Positions 23,779-35,927 of a stretch of 64,000 bases of DNA are shown here, in pieces (the stretch's first letter is position 1; every line of letters begins with the position of its first letter). Made by a program: the position numbers and the translations under genes. The DNA is taken from NCBI RefSeq assembly GCF_036365525.1, contig NC_090399.1, forward strand, positions 40,332,430-40,396,429, written 5' to 3'. This DNA comes from Heterodontus francisci. Taxonomy: Eukaryota. The notes under the pieces are model-generated. The model did no database searches, was not told the origin of the DNA, and saw only the letters and a program-made list of their open reading frames with translations.

Positions 23779-24051
23779 GGATCCACACGTACCAGATGCA
23801 ACTCGGCTGTGAGCTGCGGGATGATGGGACCAGGACTGCGTTTGCTCAGACGAGATGGGACGGACGAGAATTCATGACATTTGACAAGGATCACGTAGTG
23901 TGGGAGACTCCGGTCCATTGGGGGAAGGGCATCCAAAGCAAGTGCAACCAGAACAGCGCTGACAAACTGCAATGCAAACACAGCCTGGAGGTTATGTGTT
24001 TTGAATGGCTGAAGAAATTTCTGCAGTACGGACAGCGAGAACTGAGTGTTG
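23779..24051 (+). CDS. MHC class I exon 3 (alpha2 domain)
   Basis: gacag|GG ATC CAC...GTT G|gtgagt; 273 nt; GIHTYQMQLGCELRDDG...WDGREFMTFDKDHVVWETPVHWG...CFEWLKKFLQYGQRELSV, with the conserved C101/C164 pair. Confidence 0.95.
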
Positions 24052-27000
24052 GTGAGTGGAGGTGGTGGCCGAGGGAGTGAGGGGAGGTGGTGGCCGAGGG
24101 AGTGAGGGGAGGTGGTGGCCGAGGGAGTGAGGGGAGGTGGTGGCCGAGGGAGTGGGGGGAGGCGGTGGGGGGGGCGAGGGAGTGGGGGGAGGCGGTGGGG
24201 GTGGGGCGAGGAAGTGGGAGGAGGCGGTGGGGGTGGGGCGAGGGAGTAGGGGGTGGGGGTGGGGCAAGGGAGTGGGGGGAGGGAGTGGGGGGAGGCGGTG
24301 GGGGGGGCGAGGGAGTGGGGGGAGGCGATGGGGGGGGCGTGGGGGTGGGGGCGAGGGAGTGTGGTGGGGGGGAGGGAGTGGGGGGAGGCGATGGGGGGGG
24401 TGTGGGGGTGGGGGCGAGGGAGTGTGGTGGGGGGGAGGGAGTGGGGGGAGGCGATGGGGGGGGCGTGGGGGTGGGGGCGAGGGAGTGTGGTGGGGGGGAG
24501 GGAGTGGGGGGAGGCGATGGGGGGGGTGTGGGGGTGGGGGCGAGGGAGTGTGGTGGGGGGGAGGGAGTGGGGGGAGGCGATGGGGGGGGTGTGGGGGTGG
24601 GGGCGAGGGAGTGTGGTGGGGGGGAGGGAGTGGGGGGAGGCGATGGGGGGGGTGTGGGGGTGGGGGCGAGGGAGTGTGGTGGGGGGGAGGGAGTGGGGGG
24701 AGGCGATGGGGGGGGTGTGGGGGTGGGGGCGAGGGAGTGTGGTGGGGGGGAGGGAGTGGGGGGAGGCGATGGGGGGGGCGTGGGGGTGGGGGCGAGGGAG
24801 TGTGGTGGGGGGGAGGCGGTGGGGGGGGGAGGGAGTGGGGGGAGGCAGTGGGGGGGGAGGGAGTGGGGGGAGGCGGTGGGGGGGGAGGGAGTGTGGGGAG
24901 GCGGTGGGGGGAGGAGGGAGAGTGGGGGGGGAGGGAGTGTGGGGAGGCGGTGGGGGGGGGAGGGAGTGGGGGGAGGCGGTGGGGGGGGAGGGAGTGGGGG
25001 GAGGCGGTGGGGGGGGAGGGAGTGTGGGGAGGCGGTGGGGGGGGGAGGGAGAGTGGGGGGGGGAGGGAGTGTGGGGAGGCGGTGGGGGGGGGGAGGGAGT
25101 GTGGGGAGGCGGTGGGGGGGGGGAGGGAGTGTGGGGAGGCGGTGGGGGGGGAGGGAGTGGGGGGAGGCGGTGGGGGGGAGGCGAGGGAGTGGGGGGGAGG
25201 CGGTGGGGGGGCGAGGGAGTGGGGGGGAGGCGGTGGGGGGGCGAGGGAGTGGGGGGGAGGCGGTGGGGGGGGCGAGGGAGTGGGGGGGAGGCGGTGGGGG
25301 GGGGCGAGGGAGTGGGGGGGAGGCGGTGGGGGGGGCGAGGGAGTGGGGGGAGGCTTTGGGGGGGGCGAGGGAGTGGGGGGAGGCGGTGGGGGGGGCGAGG
25401 GAGTGGGGGGAGGCGGTGGGGGGGGCGAGGGAGTGGGGGGAGGCGGGTGGGGGGGGTGCGAGTGAGTGGGGGGAGGCGGGTGGGGGGGGTGCGAGTGAGT
25501 GGGGGGAGGTGGTTGGGGGGGGTGCGAGGGAGTGGGGGGAGGTGGTTGGGGGGGGTGCGAGGGAGTGGGGGGAGGTGGTGGGGGGGGGTGCGAGGGAGTG
25601 GGGGGAGGTGGTGGGGGGGGTGCGAGGGAGTGGGGGGAGGTGGTGGGGGGGGTGCGAGGGAGTGGGGGGGAGGTGGTGGGGGGGGTCGAGGGAGTGGGGG
25701 GAGGTGGTGGGGGGGGGGTCGAGGGAGTGGGGGGAGGTGGTGGGGGGGGGGTCGAGGGAGCGGGGGGAGGTGGTGGGGGGGGGGTCGAGGGAGCGGGGGG
25801 AGGTGGTGGGGGGGGGGTCGAGGGAGCGGGGGGAGGTGGTGGGGGGGGGGTCGAGGGAGCGGGGGGAGGTGGTGGGGGGGGGTCGAGGGAGCGGGGGGAG
25901 GTGGTGGGGGGGGGTCGAGGGAGCGGGGGGAGGTGGTGGGGGGGGGTCGAGGGAGCGGGGGGAGGTGGTGGGGGGGGTCGAGGGAGCGGGGGGAGGTGGT
26001 GGGGGGGGGTCGAGGGAGCGGGGGGAGGTGGTGGGGGGGGGGTCGAGGGAGCGGGGGGAGGTGGTGGGGGGGGGGTCGAGGGAGCGGGGGGAGGTGGTGG
26101 GGGGGGGTCGAGGGAGTGGGGGGGGGTCGAGGGAGCGGGGGGAGGTGGTGGGGGGGGGTCGAGGGAGCGGGGGGAGGTGGGGGGGGTCGAGGGAGCGGGG
26201 GGAGGTGGTGGGGGGGGGTCGAGGGAGCGGGGGGAGGTGGGGGGGGTCGAGGGAGCGGGGGGAGGTGGTGGGGGGGGGTCGAGGGAGCGGGGGGAGGTGG
26301 GGGGGGTCGAGGGAGCGGGGGGGAGGTGGGGCGGGTCGAGGGAGCGGGGGGGAGGTGGGGGGGGGGTCGAGGGAGCGGGGGGAGGTGGGGGGGGGGCGAG
26401 GGAGCGAGGGGAAGTGGTGGGGGCGAGGGAGCGAGGGGAAGTGGTGGGAGCGAGGGGAAGTGGTGGGGGCGAGGGAGCGAGGGGAAGTGGTGGGGGCGAG
26501 GGAGCGAGGGGAAGTGGTGGGGGCGAGGGAGCGAGGTGAAGTGGTGGGGGCGAGGGTGCGAAGGGAGGTGGGACCGGGGGGAGGCGGTGGGGGCGAGGGA
26601 CCGGGGGGAGGCGGTGGGGGCGAGGGACCGGGGGGAGGCGGTGGGGGCGAGGGAGTGAGGGGAGGTGGTGGGAGTGAGGGGAGGTGGTGGGGGCGAGGGT
26701 GCGAGGGGAGGTGGGGTGGGCGAGGGAGCGAGGGGAGGTGGGCGAGGGAGCGAGGGGAAATGGTGGGGGCGAGGGAGCGAGGGGAAATGGTGGGGGCGAG
26801 GGAGCGAGGGGAAATGGTGGGGGCGAGGGAGTGAGGGGAAATGGTGGGGGCGAGGGAGTGAGGGGAAATGGTGGGGGCGAGGGAGTGAGGGGAAATGGTG
26901 GGGGCGAGGGAGTGAGGGGAAATGGTGGGGGCGAGGGAGTGAGGGGAAATGGTGGGGGCGAGGGAGTGAGGGGAAATGGTGGGGGCGAGGGAGTGAGGGG

Positions 27001-28258
27001 AAATGGTGGGGGCGAGGGAGTGAGGGGAAATGGTGGGGGCGAGGGAGTGAGGGGAAATGGTGGGGGCGAGGGAGTGAGGGGAAATGGTGGGGGCGAGGGA
27101 GTGAGGGGAGATGGTGGGGCGAGTGAGTGAGTGGAGGTGGCGGGGGCGAGGGTTTGTGGGGTTGAGGGTCGGTGAGGGAGTGAGGGGCGGTGGGGATGCG
27201 AGGGAGTGAGGGGCGGTGGGGATGCGAGGGAGTGAGGGTCGGTGGGGGGGGCGAGAGAGTGAGGGCGACGAGGGAGTGAGGGGCGGCGTGGGAGTGAGGG
27301 GTGGTGGGGGCGTGTGAGGGAGGGGAGGTGGTGGGGGCGATGGTCGGCGAGGGAGCGAGGGGTGGTGGTGGGGCGATGGTCGGCGAGGGAGCGAGGGGAG
27401 GTGGTGGGGGGGGCGAGGGGAGGTGGGGCGAGGGGAGGAGAGGGGGTGAGGGGAGGTGGGGGGCACGAGGGAAGGATGTGGGGGGGGAGGGAGCGAGGGA
27501 AGGAAGTGGGGGGGGAGGGAGCGAGGGGAGGATGTGGGGGGGAGCGAGGGGAGGTGGTGGGGGTGCGCGAGGGTACGAGGGGATGTGGATGAGGAGGGCG
27601 AGGGGTGGTGGTGGGGGGGCGAGGGAGCGAGGGGTGGTGGGGGGGCGAGGGAGCGAGGGGGGGTGGTGGGGGGGCGAGGGAGCGAGGGGAGGTGGTGGGG
27701 GGGCGAGGGTGCGAGGGGATGAGGGGCTGAGCGTCGGCGAGGGAGTGAGGGGAGGTGGTGGGGGGGCGAGGGAGTGAGGGGAGGCGAGGGGGCGAGGGGA
27801 GGTGGTGGGGGGGCGCGAGGGTACGAGGGGAGGTGATGAGGGGGGCGAGGGAGTGAGGGGAGGTGGTGGGGGGGCGAGGGAGTGAGGGGAGGCGAGGGGA
27901 GGGGGTGGAGGGGTGAGGGAGCGAGGGGAGGTGGTTGGGCGAGGGTCAGCGAGGGAGCGAGGGGTGGTGGTGGGGCGAGGGTCAGCGAGGGAGCGAGGGG
28001 AGGTGGGGGCGCGAGTGTCGGCGAGGGGAGGTGGGGCGCGAGGGTCGACGAGGTAGTGAGGGGAGTCGGGGGGCGAGGGAGTGAGGGGAGGCGGGGGCCG
28101 AGCGTCGGCGAGGGAATGTGGGGCATTGGGGGCTGGGGGTCGGCGAGGGAGTGAGGGGGAGGTGGGTGGCGAGGGAGTGAGGGGAGGTGGGGGGGGGCGA
28201 GGGTCGGCGAGGGAGTGAGGGAAGGTGGGGGGCGAGGGTCGGTGAATGGGGAGCCGGG
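24052..28258 (+). repeat. 4.2-kb extremely G-rich compound minisatellite filling intron 3
   Basis: Successive variant blocks built on a GAGGGAG(T/C)G core, including a 63-bp unit (~8 copies, ~24310-24810) and a 27-bp unit GGGGGCGAGGGAGTGAGGGGAAATGGT (~13 copies, ~26750-27115). Confidence 0.95.
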
Positions 28259-28310
28259 GCACAGTACCTCAAGGTTCTTGTACTGATTCCTCTTTTTTTC
28301 TCTCTCTCAG

Positions 28311-28574
28311 TGACTCCCGTCGTGTCCTTTACCCGTCCGGGTGGTTCTAACCGGCTGTCCTGTGTCGTCACTGGGTTTTACCCTCAGGCCATCGAGGTGA
28401 CTCTGTGGAGAGATGGAGTGATGATCGATGAGACCCTGTCCTCTGGGATTTTACCCAATCACGACAGAACCTACCAGATCCGGAAATGGATAGAGTTTGA
28501 TCCGGAAGACCAGGCTGAGTATTCCTGTCGGGTGGAGCACAGCGGGCTGACGGAGACGATGGTGATGATTTACG
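28311..28574 (+). CDS. MHC class I exon 4 (alpha3, Ig C1 domain)
   Basis: ctctctcag|TG ACT CCC...TAC G|gtaaga; 264 nt; RLSCVVTGFYPQAIEVTLWRDG...ILPNHDRTYQIRKW...YSCRVEHSGL. Confidence 0.95.
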
Positions 28575-28773
28575 GTAAGACTGTCTCTCACTGTTAGAGG
28601 GAACCCAGCCTCGGAGCTGGAGCATCGGAGGGAGGGTTAGTGCTGAGCTACCAACCCGGGACAGGCTGAGGCCCAGGATACACAGTGTTTCCACCTCAGT
28701 GAGACCGTTTATGGTAAAACACAAGATATGATCTTCCCAGAGCAATTTCAAGAAATACACCACAAAATTTAAC

Positions 28774-29103
28774 GTTTAGTTTAGAGATACAGCACTGAAA
28801 CAGGCCCTTCGGCCCACCGAGTCTGTGCCGACCATCAACCACCCATTTATACTAATCCCACATTAATCCCATATTCCCTACCACATCCCCACCTTCCCGC
28901 AATTCTCCTACCACCTCCCCACACTAGGGGCAATTTACAATGGCCAATTTACCTATCAACATGCAAGTCGTTGGCTGTGGGAGGAAACCGGAGCACCCGG
29001 CGGAAACCCACACCGTCACGGAGAACTTACAAACTCCACACAGGCAGTATCCAGAATCGAACCTGGGTCGCTGGAGCTGTGAGGCTGCTGTGCTAACCAC
29101 TGC
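28774..29103 (-). mobile_element. HE1-like V-SINE
   Basis: Same family as 18313-18613 and 62185-62539. Confidence 0.9.
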
Positions 29104-29164
29104 TGTACAAAATAAGGGTGAATAATTTAAAAATTAATTCAAGCTGCAAGTACACCTGGCAAGA

Positions 29165-29479
29165 CCATATTAATTGCCACCTCTGAGTTGCTCTGAGGTG
29201 GTGATTGGTTGCCATCTTGAACTACTGCAATCCATGTGCTGAATGTGCTCCACCAGTGCTATTAGGGAGCGAGTTCCTGGACTAACGGATGGCAATGCAA
29301 TCCAAATCAGGATAGTTTGTAACTTGGAGGGGAACTTTGGAGGTGATTGTGTTCCTATGTACCTACTGCCCTTATCCTTCTCGGTAGTGGAGGTTGAGAC
29401 TTTGGTACGAGCTGTAGACGTAGCTTCAGTGTGCTGCTGCAGTGCATCACGTAGATAGTATACTCTGCAGCCATGGTGG
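29165..29479 (-). mobile_element. Degenerate 3' fragment of the CR1-group LINE family of 5701-8910
   Basis: The reverse complement resembles 8520-8860 (AAGTTCCCCTCCAAGT and related segments). Confidence 0.7.
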
Positions 29480-29625
29480 TGTAATACACATCCATTTCCC
29501 AGACATAATAGTAATTGGGAATGGAAATCCTGATAGACTTTCTCCCCCAGCTTCATAATTCAAGGAAGTCAAGATAACTAGCACACTCATCACCATTCCA
29601 ATGAGATCAGATCACAGATCAAAAA

Positions 29626-32600
29626 GATATATTGGGGATCTTCCTGGTCCTTTTGGCTCTAAGTCTGCCAAATGATGCTTCACCTCCCGAAGGACGTGGA
29701 TGAGCTTTCCGGACGTCGATGGTGGGCACTGAGGAAATGGCTTATTACCTGCACCAGCTTCCGCCCCCCCTCCCCCCCTTTTTACCCCCCTTCCACCCCC
29801 CTTCCACTTCCCTGCTCCACCCTCTCAGCTCACCCCCTCACAACCCCGTCCCAGCCCGCCCCCCCCTCGCACCATCTTCACCCCCTTCCCCCCGCAACCC
29901 CCCCCCCCCCCCCACCCACCGGCACCATCCTACACCTGTGTAGGGGCCCCAACAACCCCACTGCCTTGTGGGCGTCTCGGGAGAGACCAAGGCTAAGGGA
30001 GTAAACCCTAACAGAAAATCCGGAGCGGAACTCCATAGGCAGTCATGTGTCACCTTTGGCATGTTTCCGGCAGTTCCTGCAGCCATACTGGTGCCAAACG
30101 TCATGCTCTGCACTCCTTTGGACCCCACCAGAAAGGCCGAGAGGGGGGTTTTGACGACTGGGCAACTCTCAACCTCCATAAATTTGCCCAGGCATGCGCC
30201 ATGGAGAGGTCACTCCATAGTTGCCTCACAGCGACTAAAACAACACGGAAGGCAGCAGTTACGGGTTATAAGTCCAGATAAATTGGCGTAGAAACTGGGC
30301 GCCACGGGTTGCCTTTGTCGGTGGGAGAAGTCATTGCACCTCACTGGACAGCTACCGTCCGCCTCAAACCGGGCAGCCCCCGGTCAATAAGGTTCTGTCC
30401 CGCCACAGTCTGCCTGCTTCAATGGGTGCTTGGAGCTCAGGGTCATTGCCCGAAAGGTGGACTGATGCACCGCACCAAACAACATGAAAAAAGGAAAGAA
30501 CGTACCAGCCTTCGCTTTGCAAGCTGGAACGTCAGAACTATGTGTCCTGGCCTGTCGGAAGACCTTACACAAATCAACGATTCTCGGAAGACCGCCATCA
30601 TTAACAACGAGCTCAGTAGATTCAATGTGGACATTGCAGCACTTCAGGAGACTCGCTTCCCCGCGAGTGGCTCTCTAGCAGAGCAAGACTACACCTTCTT
30701 CTGGCAGGGCAGGGATCCTGAAGAACCAAGACAGCATGGAGTGGGCTTCGCCATCAGAAACTCCTTGCTCAGCATGATAGAGCCTCCCTCAAATGGCTCG
30801 GAACGCATACTGTCCATCCGACTGCTCACCACCTCTGGTCCAGTACACCTACTCAGCATCTATGCTCCAACACTCTGCTCCCCACCTGAAGCTTAAGACC
30901 AGTTCTATGAACAACTCCATAACATCATTAGCAGCATCCCCAACACCGAACACCTATTCCTGCTGGGGGACTTTAATACCAGGGTTGGGGCCGACCATGA
31001 CTCATGGCCCTCCTGCCTTGGGCGCTATGGCGTTGGAAGGATGAATGAGAACGGGCAGAGACTGCTTGAGTTGTGTACCTATCATAACCTCTGCATCACC
31101 AACTCGTTCTTTCACACTAAACCCTGTCACCAGGTTTCATGGAGGCACCCAAGATCACGTCATTGGCACCAGCTAGACCTCATTGTCACAAGGCGAGCCG
31201 CCTTAAACAGTGTTCAAATCACACGCAGCTTCCACAGTGCGGACTGCGACACCGACCACTCCCTGGTGTGCAGCAAGGTTAGACTCAGACCAAAGAAGTT
31301 GCATCATTCCAAGCAGAAGGGCCACCCGCGCATCAACACGAGCAGAATTTCTCACCCACAGCTGTTACAAAAATTTCTAAATTCACTTGTAACAGCCCTT
31401 CCAAACACTCCCACAGGGGATGCTGAGACCAAGTGGGCCCACATCAGAGACGCCATCTATGAGTCAGCTTTGACCACCTACGGCAAAAGTGCGAAGAGAA
31501 ATGCAGACTGGTTTCAATCTCATAATGAAGAGCTGGAACCTGTCATAGCCGCTAAGCGCATTGCACTGTTGAACTACAAGAAAGCCCCCAGCGATTTAAC
31601 ATCCGCAGCACTTAAAGCAGCCAGAAGTACTGCACAAAGAACAGCTAGGCGTTGCGCAAACGACTACTGGCAACACCTATGCAGTCATATTCAGCTGGCC
31701 TCAGACACCGGAAACATCAGAAGAATGTATGATGGCATGAAGAGAGCTCTTGGGCCAACCATCAAGAAGATAGCCCCCCTCAAATCTAAATCGGGGGACA
31801 TAATCACTGACCAACGCAAACAGATGGACCGCTGGGTTGAGCACTACCTAGAACTGTACTCCAGGGAGAATGCTGTCACTGAGACTGCCCTCAATGCAGC
31901 CCAGCCTCTACCAGTCATGGATGAGCTGGACATACAGCCAACCAAATCGGAACTCAGTGATGCCATTGATTCCCTAGCCAGCGGAAAAGCCCCTGGGAAG
32001 GACAGCATTACCCCTTTAAATAATCAAGAGTGCTAAGCCTGCTATACTCTCAGCACTACATGAACTGCTATGCCTGTGCTGGGACGAGGGAGCAGTACCC
32101 CAGGACATGCGCGATGCCAACATCATCAGCCTCTATAAAAACAAAGGTGACCGCGGTGACTGCAACAACTACCGTGGAATCTCCCTGCTCAGCATAGTGG
32201 GGAAAGTCTTTGCTCGAGTCGCTCTGAACAGGCTCCAGAAGCTGGCCGAGCGCGTCTACCCTGAGGCACAGTGTGGCTTTCGTGCAGAGAGATCGACCAT
32301 TGACATGCTGTTCTCCCTTCATCAGATACAGGAGAAATGCCGTGAACAACAGATGCCCCTCTACATTGCTTTCATTGATCTCACCAAAGCCTTTGACCTC
32401 ATCAGCAGACGTGGTCTCTTCAGACTACTAGAAAAGATCGGATGTCCACCAAAGCTACTAAGTATCATCACCTCATTCCATGACAATATGAAAGGCACAA
32501 TTCAACATGGTGGCTCCTCATCAGAGCCCTTTCCTATCCTGAGTGGTGTGAAACAGGGCTGTGTTCTCGCACCCACACTTTTTGGGATTTTCTTCTCCCT

Positions 32601-33740
32601 GCTGCTTTCACATGCGTTCAAATCCTCTGAAGAAGGAATTTTCCTCCACACAAGATCAGGGGGCAGGTTGTTCAACCTTGCCCATCTAAGAGCGAAGTCC
32701 AAAGTACGGAAAGTCCTCATCAGAGAACTCCTCTTTGCTGACGATGCTGCTTTAACATCTCACACTGAAGAGTGCCTGCAGAGTCTCATCGACAGGTTTG
32801 CGTCTGCCTGCAATGAATTTGGCCTAACCATCAGCCTCAAGAAAACGAACATCATGGGGCAGGACGTCAGAAATGCTCCATCCATCAATATTGGCGACCA
32901 CGCTCTGGAAGTGGTTCAAGAGTTCACCTACCTAGGCTCAACTATCACCAGTAACCTGTCTCTAGATGCAGAAATCAACAAGCGCATGGGTAAGGCTTCC
33001 ACTGCTATGTCCAGACTGGCCAAGAGAGTGTGGGAAAATGGCGCACTGACACGGAACACAAAAGTCCGAGTGTATCAGGCCTGTGTCCTCAGTACCTTGC
33101 TCTACGGCAGCGAGGCCTGGACAACGTATGCCAGCCAAGAGTGACGTCTCAATTCATTCCATCTTCGCTGCCTTCGGAGAATACTTGGCATCAGGTGGCA
33201 GGACTATATCTCCAACACAGAAGTCCTTGAAGCGGCCAACACCCCCAGCTTATACACACTACTGAGTCAGCGGCGCTTGAGATGGCTTGACCATGTGAGC
33301 CGCATGGAAGATGGCAAGATCCCCAAAGACACATTGTACAGCGAGCTCGCCACTGGTATCAGACCCACCGGCCGTCCATGTCTCCGCTATAAAGGCGTCT
33401 GCAAACGCGACATGAAATCGTGTGACATTGATCACAAGTTGTGGGAGTCAGTTGCCAGCATTCGCCAGAGCTGGCGGGCAGCCATAAAGACAGGGCTAAA
33501 TTGTGGCGAGTCGAAGAGACTTAGTAGTTGGCAGGAAAAAAGACAGAGGCGCAAGGGGAGAGCCAACTGTGCAACAGCCCCGACAAACAAATTTCTCTGC
33601 AGCACCTGTGGAAGAGCCTGTCACTCCAGAATTGGCCTTTATAGCCACTCCAGGCGCTGCTTCACAAACCACTGACCACCTCCAGGCGCGTATCCATTGT
33701 CTCTCGAGATAAGGAGGCCCAAAAGAAAAAAAAAGAAAAA
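29626..33740 (+). mobile_element. Near full-length RTE-clade LINE (EN, RT, C2H2 zinc finger), inactivated
   Basis: Motifs FASWNVRTM, ALQETR, GDFN, TDHSLV, NYRGISLLS, FIDLTKAFD, GVKQGC, LFADD and [17 protein letters not shown]. Stops at 30894-30896 and 33142-33144, frameshift near 32015. A-rich tail at 33721-33740. The 5' boundary is approximate. Confidence 0.92.
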
Positions 33741-34974
33741 CACCATCAACTGATATGATATCAGCTCTTCTCAGTTCCAATCTGAACCACTGATTTGAAG
33801 TATACCCTTACGAGTGAATTTGAGGGAAGTCACACCTAAGCAGTCTTCACTGCTGTTCAGCAGAAGACTTTTATTATCACACCAAACTTAAAAGAAATCC
33901 CCATTAACCAAACAATATTTTGTAAGTAGCTGATATCCCAAATTACAGATAAAGGTATTTTCTTCACTTATTAAAATATTTGAAAACCTCACACCACACT
34001 TGTACATTACGCAGCCCTCCTTGACAGTGAAATGTGTGCAGCTAAAACTCCTGCCTGTTGCAATGGATTGGATCTCCCAGACCTTTCTCAAAGTCAATGT
34101 CCTCTTTGCTCACTTCTTCCGAGCACTTTCCACCTGGACATCTGTGAATAAGGCGATTTCTGGTGATCATATTGGTCTTTTACTTCTCTGCAAACCTCAG
34201 CTTTCAAAATGGCTTCAATTCTTCGCAGCCTTTCACTGTATCAGTCTTCTGAGAGCAGATGTTCTCTCTGTTTCTCCTTCTGAGGCTGTCACCGTTGGTC
34301 GTCTTCCTTACTGCCTGCCTTCAGAAGATCTGTTGAATTTATCTGGAATCAATAGTCAATAGCCAGTCGTCTCTTAGAATATGCAAAGTCCACAAGTCTG
34401 GCTGCAGCAGAGCCACCCAGGCTTTCCATTGTTTACATTCAGAGTCACTGGCTTCTTGTTTATGATCTGAAAGTCTGGGAGGGTGAAACCCATTGTTCTT
34501 CAGGTGTTATACCCCCTGCAATCTTTGTTTTTCAGAAAGGTCTTTGATCTGATTTTTTTGTTGTCCTGGTAACCAAGATCCCTGTCTTTAAGCAGTGTTG
34601 ATGTGAGGTCACCTGACTTCTGACTCCATCTTAAAATTTGGAAAATTCCAATTTTTAAAAAACTTAATCATGTTACAAAGTCTAGTGTTCACAATATCTC
34701 TCCCAAAAATAGAAAACTAATTGCTGTAGTAATGATTTCTCAACATTATCAGCATATAGCATTGTAAATATTTCTATTAATACTTTATACAGGTAACAAT
34801 ATTTTATATCTGAGTTACTTTCCTCCATTATACCTTTTCCTTAAATTCTGACTGGAGTATCACCAGTTACATTGCTCTTTCCTGTAACATGTACAATGTT
34901 TAGGGTAAATTGTTGCAGGATTAAACTCCACTGAAATAATCTGGTATTCTTGGTTTTAAATTTCTCGAGGATTA

Positions 34975-35462
34975 TATTCGCTGGAGTTCAGAAGAGTGAG
35001 GGGGGGATCTCATAGAAACCTATAAAATTCTAACAGGACTTGACAGGGTAGATGCAGGAAGGATGTTCCCGATGATGGGGGAGTCCAGAACCAGGGGTCA
35101 TAGTCTAAGGATGCGAGGTAAACCTTTCAGGACTGAGATGAGGAGAAATTTCTTCACCCAGAGAGTGGTGAGCCTGTGGAATTCGCTACCACAGAAAGCA
35201 GTTGAGGCCAAAACACTATGTTTTCAAGAAGGAATGAGAAAAGCTCTTGGGTTTAAAGGGATCAAAGGATTTTTTTTTTAATTCATTCACGGGATGTGGG
35301 CGTCGCTGGCCAGGCCAGCATTTATTGCCCATCCCTAATTGCCCTTGAGAAGGTGGTGGTGAGCTGCCTTCTTGAACCGCTGCAGTCCATGTGGGGTAGG
35401 TACACCCACAGTGCTGTTAGGAAGGGAGTTCCAGGATTTTGACCCAACGACAGTGAAGGAAC
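34975..35462. mobile_element. Two abutting LINE 3' fragments (CR1, + strand, 34975-35270; CR1-group family of 5701, - strand, 35280-35462)
   Basis: FFTQRVVSLWNSLP on +; reverse complement of the 8720-8905 tail on -. Confidence 0.85.
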
Positions 35463-35927
35463 AGCTTTTGGCTCGGGTCGGATTGGGCCGGACGCACACG
35501 GTTAGTGCTCTGCTGGGATGTGTTGAAATTAAAAAAAAACTTATCTGAGCCTGGACTCTGGGACGAAACTGAGTCCATGCAGTGAACGAGTGACATCACT
35601 ATAATGTCATCATGTGTGTGCTGCAGCTTCTTGCGGGTTTGGTGTCAGGAAGGTAAGTAAACGGATGCTCGGGTCGGGTCAGGCTCGGGGCAAAATGGGA
35701 GGGACTAGAGCCGGGTCGGTCTCGTGTCTGCTGTGGTTCGGTCGGGTTCTTTTTTCCTGACCCGAGCAGGCCTCTACTTCAGATTGTTGAAGAGCCAGTA
35801 TGAGACCTAAAGCTCCCTTTCCAATAGTGGAGTACTTCTGGTACGTGGTGAGTTTTCTAGAGAAATAAATGGTCTTTCAATACCAGTATCGTCATCCTGG
35901 AGTAACACTGCTCCTACTCCTGCATCA

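Larger units (their letters stand above)
871..28574 (+). pseudogene. Non-classical MHC class I heavy-chain gene, probable pseudogene (frameshifted leader; TM/cytoplasmic exons not found)
   Basis: Four colinear exons (leader, alpha1, alpha2, alpha3) with canonical GT/AG splice sites and class I motifs [32 protein letters not shown] and YSCRVEHSGL. Confidence 0.85.

Noticed and set aside
23751-28262. 1503-aa and 1411-aa Pro-rich ORFs (minus) and Gly-rich ORFs (plus)
   Set aside because: Artefacts of a stop-free G/C-rich minisatellite in MHC intron 3; open in many frames on both strands.
30309-33675. Active autonomous RTE
   Set aside because: Two in-frame stops and a frameshift are present.
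35470-35778. GCTCGGGTC-rich segment ending CCCGAGCAGGCCTCTA, a possible MITE
   Set aside because: Only one terminal repeat is visible and no TSD was found; it cannot be classified from this window.
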